64,000 nt of DNA from NCBI GenBank assembly GCA_000388065.2, contig KB932209.1; one strand, written 5' to 3'. Below, in pieces: positions 50,001-58,500 of the stretch. The notes beneath the pieces were generated by a model. The model saw only the letters and a list, made by a program, of their open reading frames with translations, had not been told where the DNA came from and searched no databases. The position numbers and the translations under genes are program-made. Every line of letters starts with the position of its first letter. Positions within the stretch are counted from its first letter, which is position 1. This DNA comes from Fonticula alba ATCC 38817 (lineage: Eukaryota > Protista > Nucleariida).

Positions 50001-50606
50001 GGCGATCGACTGGCCGGCAGGCTTGGCCGTGGCCGGCGGCTTGGACACCTCGGCGGCCGGCTTCTTCTCGGGGGCAGGCTGCTCGGCGTTCGGGAGGGGC
50101 GTGCGCGCCAGCAACTTGGACAGGTGCGTGACAACCTTCCGGGTCGAGCCATCACCCTGGTCGATGACCTCCAGGTCGGCGCTCCCACCAAAATGCTCCT
50201 CGGCCAGACGCTCGATGGAGGCCTTCTCGGCGAAGGGGTCCCGGTCGTGGAAGTCGCCGAAGCGGAACCGGTCGGTGGCCTCGCCGACCATTTGCGAGGC
50301 CGTCTCCAGGTTGTGGGCCTTCTGCTGGGTGTTTTCCACACGCTCCAGGAAGCTGAGGGCCTTCTCCGCGCGGGCCTGCCGCTCGCGGTCCTCCTCGGTG
50401 CCGCGCTCGTGCGTGGCGCCGGAGGTGGGCCGGACGATCTTGATGTCCTCGAAGATCTTGGCCAGCCGAGGGTCCAGATTGTCGTCGGTTTGCGTGGCTA
50501 CCGGCTCGGCCTGCCCATCGGGGTGCTTCTTGGTGAGGTGCATCTTGAGCAGGGTCTGCGAGCGAAGCTCCTGGCCGCAAAGGTGGCAGGCAACGGAGCC
50601 AGACAT
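47049..50606 (-). CDS. Putative FG-repeat nucleoporin-like protein with an N-terminal C2H2 finger, PFG repeats, an acidic tract and a RanBP2-type zinc finger; interrupted by an 864-nt gap
   Basis: ATG at 50606. C2H2 motif CHLC-x12-H-x4-H. Twelve PFG repeats (mostly SPFG) plus 2 AFG lie at ~49170-49900. A D/E tract lies at 48920-49075. An exact W-x-C-x2-C-x3-N-x6-C-x2-C motif lies at 48242-48183. A putative last intron 47209-47087 (GTACGC...GCTAAC...CACAG) precedes a terminal exon DNTCADAFAILN*. Continuity across the gap is assumed. Confidence 0.65.
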   Translation of the reverse strand: MSGSVACHLCGQELRSQTLLKMHLTKKHPDGQAEPVATQTDDNLDPRLAKIFEDIKIVRPTSGATHERGTEEDRERQARAEKALSFLERVENTQQKAHNLETASQMVGEATDRFRFGDFHDRDPFAEKASIERLAEEHFGGSADLEVIDQGDGSTRKVVTHLSKLLARTPLPNAEQPAPEKKPAAEVSKPPATAKPAGQSIASTSSPFSSAAEMTAPVVGSAGPSGSASPGAAAPSPFGSKSTGAPAASPFGSGAFGAAKASPFASNSASAVSSPFGSNSAAGASPFGSNSAAGASPFGSASTSGASPFGTGAAVPGTGPFSSAAASGGSPFGGNHFAKPAAPGPAASSTSTPATAPSPFGSNAVAPGTSSSGLSNNTGAGASPFGGTPFGAGASSMASPFGRGPFDTGSNDKKAAFGQPSAFSNPVAPFSSAGSPFASAGGFASASKGASPFSSAAATAVGSGAVSSGAVSSPFGATAVVPSAGASAAKVFPGAIRSPELEHSSAGSASEEYSDEDGDDGDEDGADESADSAEDYSQDEDDEDYSQAEDDEDYSTEDEEDEPAPEQAPSSKSIISPFASVGLGGAAAAAAAATAASTPGPVAGQPTGSSIFLTNTPGSKATGSPAADTPAAGAPGPAQPANQFVFQPLASSIKKPGAGGVTPAPAPPAAAPMLKMDSLQFKGVSFLAAPADSLAEDDGPSATPVAVAPVPAPGKLPLPTIALGAGASSASSKPLLFTNISATLPAAASTTATPTPAAAAKASVVTTPAAATPAGAIANPIKVDNTGTWACTTCLSRNADKLDKCAACEAXXXXXXXXXXXXXXXXXXXXXXXXXXXXXXXXXXXXXXXXXXXXXXXXXXXXXXXXXXXXXXXXXXXXXXXXXXXXXXXXXXXXXXXXXXXXXXXXXXXXXXXXXXXXXXXXXXXXXXXXXXXXXXXXXXXXXXXXXXXXXXXXXXXXXXXXXXXXXXXXXXXXXXXXXXXXXXXXXXXXXXXXXXXXXXXXXXXXXXXXXXXXXXXXXXXXXXXXXXXXXXXXXXXXXXXXXXXXXXXXXXXXXXXXXXXXXXXXXXXXXXXXXXXXXXXXXXXXXXXXXXXXXXXXXAPTADTLVRIQQRLASLSVARPSLLPARGLHFPGTHSACFLPFFACFSLGWSVPLPDCGHAWANPLVRISPPVTDNTCADAFAILN
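47311..48174. other. Largest assembly gap (others: 5664-5696, 9777-10006, 11643-12047, 16933-16947, 19274-19337, 21173-21181, 24075-24254)
   Basis: Runs of N, several next to poly-G/C or simple-repeat tracts. Confidence 1.
48942..49008 (-). repeat. 27-bp coding tandem repeat (DYSQDEDDE-like, ~2.5 copies)
   Basis: gctgtagtcctcgtcgtcctca[g/t]cctg units start at 48942, 48969 and 48996 (partial). Confidence 0.9.
49708..49787 (-). repeat. Exact 33-bp coding tandem repeat (SPFGSNSAAGA), ~2.4 copies
   Basis: gacccgaaggggcttgcaccggcggcggaattc at 49708 and 49741, partial at 49774. Confidence 0.95.
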
Positions 50607-51304
50607 CTGGCCAGCGGAGGAAGGTGGCGGAGAAAAGGCGCGGAGCAATGGAGCCAGGCCGGGAGGTGAGCGAGGAGGAACGGGAGGGAAGTCGGGAGAG
50701 GGAGGGAGGGAGGGAGGGAGGGAGCAAGACGGAGCGCACTGTTTGCCGGGGGGGATCGAGGAAAGGAGGGAAGGAAAGGGGAGGAGACAAAAAGGGGGAG
50801 GGGCAGAGCAAAGAAGGAAGGGGGGCGGAGGGGACGGGAGCAGACTAGTTGACGCAAGATGTGTCCCGACGTGCCCAACACGGCCACGCTCCCGAAAAAG
50901 GTGCTTGGAACAAGACGCAAGGACGTGGCCAGGGCGTCAGGCGACCGGATCACGCCCACGCTGTCCGTTGGCAATTGGGATACACCTGTGCGAGGGGGCT
51001 GGCGGGAGCTTGGTCCATGTGCGCGAGCGGCGAGATGCGGCGGAGATCTCGCACGCGGGACGTAGGGCGCGCGCCCCGGAACCGGTTCCGCCCTTTCGGG
51101 CGCCGGGGCGGGCACGCTGGAAGCCAATCCTGCGACCAGCATTCCCTTCCCCCCCCCCCTCCCCCCCCCCCTTGTGCCGTCTCCGGCCCCATCCCGCACG
51201 CACACTCCTCTGCCCTCCCCGACTCCCCGTTTCTCTGCCCCTCCCCTTGCTTGTGCCCTCCATTGCATAGACCTCCTTCCCGGCACACATCCACAAAGGC
51301 AACC

Positions 51305-52630
51305 ATGCCCCCGAAGCATTATCGCCAGTTCCTGGACTACCACGACAATGAGTACGGCCCCCAGCGGTGGCGCACGCGCCTGCTGCCCGCGCTGAAGCGC
51401 ACCCCCGAGCATGTGGCCATGGTCAACTGGCATGCGGACCCGGCGGCCGTGTGCGCGGCCCTGCGCCGGTCGCCGGAGTCCTACGCCGACGCCGAGGACC
51501 CGGAGAAGCTGCTTTTCGTCCAGTCGCCCTACATTGGCAGTCTCTGTGCCCTGGTGCCGGCATCGGGGAGCGCGCCCGGCGCCGGTGGCGACCCCTTCCC
51601 CCCGCCCATGGCCGACCGGGCCGGGCAGGCAACCTACTACATCCTGAATGTGGCGTCGCTACTTTGCATCGATGCTCTGGACATCCGGCCCGGGCAGAAG
51701 GTGTTGGACTTGTGCGCCGCGCCGGGTGGCAAGTCGGTGGCCATCGCCCAGCGCCTTTGGCGGTCGCATCATGCCGGGGAGGCCGGGGCCGGGCCCGAGG
51801 CCGGGCCCGGGCCCGCTGGGCCTGTGTGCTTCGATCTCGGGGCCGAGGCGCGCGACGCGATCGACGCCGATGCCGATGGGCTGCTAGTGCTGAATGAGCC
51901 GGCGGCGCCGCGGCGCGCGCGCCTCGAGCGCACGGTCGAGGCCTTCATGCCGCGGCAGTACCGGGCTTCGGTGCGGGTGCTGTCGCTGAATGCCACCCGG
52001 ACGGAGTCCCTGCCGCCGGCGCACCATGGCCTGTATGACCGGGTGCTGGTGGATGCCCCCTGCTCGACGGATCGCCATGTGGCTCGGGCCCCGGACACCG
52101 CCTCGCCGGCGGTCAGTAACTCGGCCGCCGGGCCCTGGTCCCCCAGTGGCATGGCGCAAACCGCCGGCCGGCAGCTGTCTCTGGTGCTGGCGGCCATCGC
52201 CGCGGCCCGGGCCCCGGAGGATGGGCTTCCCGGCGGACGGGTGGTCTACTCCACCTGCGCCCTCAGTGTGCGCGAGAATGACTGGGTTGTGGCACAGGCC
52301 CTGCAGCAGAGTCGGTCTCGGCACCCGGTGCGCCCGGTCGACCCGCGGACCTTCGGCTTCCGCATTGGCCGGCCGACGCGCTTTGGCTGGCTCATCCTGC
52401 CGGATCAGCCCGCCACCGCCTGGCAGCCGGGCCAGCCGGGCGAGCGCGGTGCCACCGAGGGCCATGTCTCTGGCGATGGCCTGCCTCCCGGCATGGCTCC
52501 CAACGCCCCGGGCCACAACCAGGGCCCCATCTTCATTGCAGTGCTCGAGCGAATCCCCTCGCCCGGCGGTGCGGCCTCCTCCAAGCCCTCGGGTCTTGTG
52601 GCCGATGAGGGTGACAGTGACAGCGATTGA
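51305..52630 (+). CDS. NOL1/NOP2/Sun-family RNA m5C methyltransferase, NSUN3/NSUN4-like; CDS has no intron
   Basis: YYILNVASLL, VLDLCAAPGGKS (SAM-binding motif I), YDRVLVDAPCSTDR (motif IV Cys), GRVVYSTCALSVREND.VV (motif VI Cys). The PCS.DR ending and the N-terminal F...Y..EYG..W segment resemble animal NSUN3/4. Confidence 0.85.
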   Translation: MPPKHYRQFLDYHDNEYGPQRWRTRLLPALKRTPEHVAMVNWHADPAAVCAALRRSPESYADAEDPEKLLFVQSPYIGSLCALVPASGSAPGAGGDPFPPPMADRAGQATYYILNVASLLCIDALDIRPGQKVLDLCAAPGGKSVAIAQRLWRSHHAGEAGAGPEAGPGPAGPVCFDLGAEARDAIDADADGLLVLNEPAAPRRARLERTVEAFMPRQYRASVRVLSLNATRTESLPPAHHGLYDRVLVDAPCSTDRHVARAPDTASPAVSNSAAGPWSPSGMAQTAGRQLSLVLAAIAAARAPEDGLPGGRVVYSTCALSVRENDWVVAQALQQSRSRHPVRPVDPRTFGFRIGRPTRFGWLILPDQPATAWQPGQPGERGATEGHVSGDGLPPGMAPNAPGHNQGPIFIAVLERIPSPGGAASSKPSGLVADEGDSDSD

Positions 52631-54562
52631 TCGTGCTCGTGCCGGTTCCCTCCTCCCTGCTTCCCTTTGCTCCCTTCCCTTCTTTTTTTTTTTCATTCTC
52701 CTTTTTCGCCTCCCTCCGCCCCTTTCCCCTCGGCAGTGTGTCCTTCCGTAATAGAGAGAGGCGTGTCTCGGGTGAAAATACCCCACAGCTGTGTGCTTGA
52801 CATTCAGTGTCTGAATCTTGCGCTTTAGCACGGATCTTTCGTTGGGACATGTGAGTAAGTGGCTCGGGCAAAGAGTTGGCATTTGGTTTTCCAGAACGAC
52901 CCGTCCGTCCGTGTGACCCCCCTCCCCCCCCCTGGCGTCGGCGCGAGGCCAGCGAGCAAGGAGGGGACGGGGTGCACCGCGCCGCCTTGCCGGGGGAGGT
53001 GTTCCCGGGCCGCCGCGCTGGGCAGGGCACACCAAAGAAGTGCCTCGATGTTGGCCACTCCACGGTGGGTCCCCCGCCTCCCCAAGCGGGGGGGGGGGGG
53101 GGCGAGTGCGGCGGCCCGGGCGCGCGCGAGAGCCAAGGGAGACGGTGACGCGCGCGTGGGCGCCCAGGGTTGAGGACCGGGTTTCGGTGTGCTTTCAGTC
53201 GGGGCCCTGTGGGCCGCCGGCGGCGGGGCGGCCTCCGGGGGGGGGGGCGAGACTGGAGCCCGTCGGATTTTCCAGTCTCTGGCCTGGCGGGGGTCAAGCG
53301 GCATCGGCACCCCCCGCCGCCCCCGACACGTACCTCGCCCGGCTGGTACCCCCCCCGTTCGACACTCGCGTTGCCGTTCCCGGCCGCAGGGAGAGACGGG
53401 GCACATGGTTTCTGTGAATTGTCCCAGGGGGCGGGGCAGCCCCGCGCTGTACGGGCCTGTCCATCACCGGTCAAAAGGGGGTGTGTCCGCAGCCCCCCCC
53501 CCCCCCTCAGCTCCGACTGCCAGCCCCGGTGAGTGCCCGGTGTGTTGTCGAGCCGCGCAACGAGGCGGCCCTGTCTCCCCGGGCCAGGTAAACAATCCTG
53601 GTGAAACTCACACAGGCGTGCGACGGGGGCGGGGGAGCCGATGCAGAGCGTGTCTTTGGAACAGGTGTCTCTTGATTAGAGGGCTACGGCAAGAGGGTGT
53701 AGCGCGGCAGGGGCGCACTCGCGGACTCGGCGGCCGGCGTCCTGTCCCCCCCCCCCCTGGCCAAATACACGCGTGTGCGTGTGGGGCTGAACCAGCGGGC
53801 CCCTGAGGCTGGGAGAAACGGGGACGAGCACGGCCCCGAGGCCATACCGACGTAATTACCTGAATATATTACCGCCAATATATGGCGGCCATGCATGGGT
53901 GCCTTCCGCCCGCCACGGAGCGGGGCATCCTGCGGCTCTCTTCTGAGCGCCTGCCCTGCTGCAACTTGGCCAGGGGGCGGGGGGCCGCGGGCGAAGCGCT
54001 CGCGCACAAGCCGCGCCCTCGAGACCCCTCGCCCCTGGGGGTCAAGTCGGCGCCCGGTGTTTCACTGGGCCGAGTGGGGCAGGGCCGGGGAGACCTAGCT
54101 GGGGGGGGGGGGGGGCACCTGCACCTGTCCGGCCCGGGCCCCGGCTCCGGCCCCGACTCCAGCCCCCGCCCCCGGCCCGTCCCCCTTTGCTCCGTTGTCG
54201 GTCCCTCCCCTTGGAAGCGGTCTCGCGCGTGGCCCCACTGCCGGGCGAGGCCGATCGCGGTCGCCGATCCGGGCGAGGCGTCGCCGGAGCGCGCGCGGGG
54301 AAGGCTTTGTTCTCTCACGCTCACACGCGGGCCGAACCCCGGGTGGCCGGGCGTCCGTGTCGCTTGGCCGGCCCGAGAGCACGCCCGACCAGGGGGTGCT
54401 GGTCGCGGTGCCAGGCGCCCAGCTCACCGGCTCCCTTGGCCACTGCAATATTGTAAATGACCTCCCTCCGGGGCCCTTCGGGGCCAGAGTGAGAAAGGGG
54501 GGGAACCGGGGCCGTACGGGATCAGCAGCTGTCTGCTGCCATTGTTCTTCGGCCCTTGGGGG

Positions 54563-54611
<49 letters not shown>

Positions 54612-55502
54612 ACACACATGCAGAGAGTCACCTTCGGGGCCACATTAGACTGTACAGGGGTCTTCCCCCCTGCCTCACGGCCCCCCTCTTCCCCCTGGTC
54701 CTGGGTCCGATCCGCGACACCCGACCAAGCCCCGGGTCCCCGGGCCACAGAGAGTCCCCGAGGACACGGCTCCTCAAGCGATGAGAAAGTGGCGTAGGGC
54801 TTGTGCCACTGTGGCTGCGGGGCAAGGGCGAGGGCTGGGTCTCTGGGCCGTTCGTGCGCGCGCGCGCGCGCGCCCCTGGCGGGGCCCCTCGCACACGGGG
54901 GCCGTGTTGGCTCCCCCGGGCCGGAGAGGCGGTCCCCGCGCCCCCCCGCCCCCTTACCCCCAGACCGACTCTGGGTAGCCAGGTAGACCCTGGTGATATG
55001 GCGGTGATCTCGCCCTCCTGATGGGACCCTCCCCCCCCCAGCCGTTGGCGCCTGCCCTCTCGGTCGTGCATGTGCTTTGAGGTGGTGCCCGAGATGTTCG
55101 CGACCACCGGGCTGTGTCGACAACCCGCATCTCCCCTCCTGCCCCTGCCGCCTTCCCGCCACCCTTTCTGCCCCTCCTCCGGGTTGGCCTTTTCGCATCC
55201 TCCCTCGCTTGCGTTCCCCGCACCTCACCACTCGGGCGTGTACACGCAGCCACAGGCCCGCCCGTCTCCGCCACCGCCGCTACCGCCGTCGGCTGCCGCG
55301 CGGTCGTCTGTGTGCGCACGTGCGTGTGCGTGCGTGTGTGCGTGTGTACGCGCGCGCGCGTGTGTGTGTGTGTGTGTGTCTGTGTCTGTGTGTGAGCGAG
55401 AGAGGCTATCCCACTCCTTCTGCCCCTCCCTCCCCCCCCCCCTTCCCCACCTCTCATCACCCCCTTCCTGCCTCCTCCTTGTCTTTCGAAGCCTAGAGCG
55501 TC

Positions 55503-58500
55503 ATGCTCCGCCGGACGAAGAGCATTGTCGGCGCACGAGTCCGCTCGAAGCAGCAGCAAGCCGTCTTCCCGAATGCCGACGGCACTGACGCCGCTCCCGG
55601 GTCGGTCCCGCCCTCCGGGCGCCCGCTCGGCCCCGGACCCGATGGCGGAGACCTCCTCGCCGTGGTGGCGGCCCACTCCTCTGGGGCCAGTGTGTCCGGC
55701 GTTGGCAGCGAGCATGGCACCTTTCGGCCTGAGGGCGCCCCGGTGCGCCAGCGCAAGCTGACCATGTCCCGCAAGTCTGCCCGCTATGACGAGTACATGT
55801 ACTTCTCCCAGGTTCGTCCGCGTCACTCGACTTCGTCATGGCATCCTGTGGCCCTTTTCCACGGCATCCCCCCCCCTCTCTCCCCTGACACACGCGTCCC
55901 ATCCTGATATCCCCCCCCCCCCCCGCCTCATATCCAGTGCATCCGTCCCTGGATTGAGCGTCGCATTGGCCGGGCCTTGGACGAGGATGCCGACCTGATC
56001 TCGGCCCTGCAGCGGGGCCCGGCCTTCCACGAGCTGGCCTTCAGCTTGTTGCCCGGTACGCAGGCGCCCTCCTCCCCCGGTCCCTGACATCCTTCATGGA
56101 GTCTCCTCCGGGCTCCTTCCCTCGGTCCCCTCTCTGACTCTGTCTTTCCTCCCATCGGGGCAGATGTCGTCGGTCGCGGTCCCGAGGATCGCGCATATCG
56201 AGACATGTCGGAGCCCTTCCTCCGGAGTGTGGCCATCAACTCGGCCAGCATCTTTGTCGATGCCGTGGCTCGACACACGGGGACAGATCCATCGGACATC
56301 TTTTCGCCGATCGAGTTCCAGTCAATCCCGCGGCTGACCACCTCGGAGACGGCCGACTCTGACTCCCGGGGTGACAACATCGCCATGATCCAGCGCCTGA
56401 AGGTTGTCCAGGCCCTGGAAGCGGTGGCCATCAACCTGGTGCGCCCTCCTCCCCCGCTCTTCCCCGCTCTCTCGCTTTACCTGTGCCAGTGTGTGTCCCT
56501 GGTCTTCCGCCTTGTCTTCTGACTGTGGCCTTTGTTCCTGGTGGGCTTCGGTTCTGGTTCCCGCCCGCCCTACCTGACGCCGGTATCGTCGGCTCCCTCG
56601 CCATGCACAGGACAACTTCAATCCCGACGACTTTGTCTCCCAGCCTGATGAGGATGGGCATCTGAGCGGTGGCGAGGCATCCTCCTCGGAGCCCGGATCC
56701 TCCTCTGTCGTTGAGCCTGAGCCCGTCATCAAGGCGCTGCTCCCGGTTGAAAAGGAGCCTCTCCTTGAGCCTACGGATCAGTCGATTGTTGCGGTTACCG
56801 ATGGACCTGAGTTCACGACCACGGCCGACACTGATGCCGGGTCCGTGCCTGCCTCTGGTTCCGAGTCGGTTGTCGGGTCGACTGCTGGGCCCGTTGTTGA
56901 GTCCGTTGTTGAGACAATTATTGAGCACGCTCTTGAGCCAACCATCGAGCCAGTCGTCGAGCCGGCCGTCGAGCCGGCCGTCGAGCCTGCCGTCGAGCCT
57001 GCCGTCGAGCCTGCCGTCGAGCCGGCCGTCGAGCCTGCCGTCGAGTTGGTCGAGGAATCGATTGTCCAGCCAGCCGTCGAGCCCATCATCACATCCTCAC
57101 TTACCACGGGGCTTGTGCTTGCGCCTGACACCGATGCCGCGCTTGCCAATGTGTCCGAACCCATCGGCGAGCCGGCCTCTCCGTCCTCCCCCGATACCGA
57201 TCACATTCACATGCCGGAGCTCCAGCCTGTTCTGGAGGATGACTCCCCCTCGGCTAGCGGCGACGAGTCGGATGCCTCTTCGGCGTCGGAGATTTCGCTC
57301 CCCCCTTTGGAGGCGGTCGCCGCGGCGGCGGCCCGGCCGTTGACCCCCCGAACCCCGGGCGGCGGCCTGGCCCTGGCGGCCAGCAGCGTGCCCGGCGTCG
57401 GGGCCGGTGGTGGCGATGACGACGACGAGGACGAGGGCGAAGAGGCGTTCTTCTGTCTGAACCCGATGGCCGTGGCCAAATATGCCCGGAGCAATGAGGT
57501 GCTGAATCTTCTGCAGCAGAGCCCCGCCTTCAATCGGACTTTCTCCTTCACCTCCACCTCGGAGTCCGTTTCCGATCCGCTGATCAGCACATCGGTCAGC
57601 GAGATCCTCGAGCGTTCGGCGGATTCCCTTCGATGGTCGCTCCCGAGCCCGGTGGCCGGCGAGCCGGGGTCCCCCTCGCGTGCGGGGCCTGACGGGGCCT
57701 GGGGCCCGGCTCGAGGCCGGCCACCGGCGCCCTCTCGGCCCCCGCAATATGGGTCCAGTCCGCTGTCACGGTCACTGTCCAGTGTCAGCTCGCGGCCTGT
57801 GTCCATGCATGTGGGCGGCACATGGGGGGACTTCTCCATCGACACGCCACTCCCTCTGGATCCGGAGGCCCGGCGCCGGCTCTGCTCCACCACCCTGCCC
57901 ATGAAGCTGTCTCCGAAGGCCGAGGAGGCCGCCGGGGTTGCCGCGTCTGCGGCCCCTCCAACGGGGCGGCCGCCAGTTCGCCCGGCCAGCGCCGGTGCCG
58001 GCACCAGCAGCTCCACCACCGGCGCCAGCTGCCCGGACGGCACCGGCATCGATCCCAGTCAGCTGGACCCCCTGGTAATGGAGGACTTGGAGCTGTTGCT
58101 CCAGTGCCCGAACAACCTGCGCGCCGCTCATCGCGCCTGCATGGAGCGCGGCGCCGACAAGACGGCCTTCCTGCTGGAGCATTTGACCGAAATGACCAAT
58201 GACAATCGGAGGTGCGCCCGACATTCCGAGTCTCCTTTTCCCCCTTGCCCGCCCCCGTTGTGCCCCTGCGCTGGACTCTCGGTGCTCCCCATCTCGCGTC
58301 TTTGCCTGCCATTCACAGTCCAAAATGTCCGTGCGCCGCCCAGTCCCATGGACATCGCATCCATCCACATGACCCTGCAGTCTTTGTCGCAGAGGGATGA
58401 GGACTCACTTTCGCGGCAGGTTCGGCCTCGGGTCCCCTCGGCCGTGGTCATTCGACGGAATCGCGTGCCCAAGATCACTTCCCCGGTGCCAGCTGCCTCG

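Noticed and set aside
49264-51270. 668-aa plus-strand ORF with repeated PKG motifs
   Set aside because: It is the reverse complement of the SPFG repeats, starts at a non-ATG codon, and has no independent support.
15961-52630. Apparent cluster of mitochondrial or ribosome-related genes (ISCA1, MRPL2, NSUN3/4-like, RBM28)
   Set aside because: They are interspersed with unrelated genes on both strands, which is compatible with random eukaryotic gene order.
53872-53888. CCAATATATGG as an SRF/MCM1 CArG box
   Set aside because: It has seven A/T bases between CC and GG, not the required six.
53882-54460. 192-aa ATG-started ORF in the long intergenic region
   Set aside because: No recognisable domain, low-complexity Gly/Arg/Pro composition, and the length is expected by chance at this GC content.
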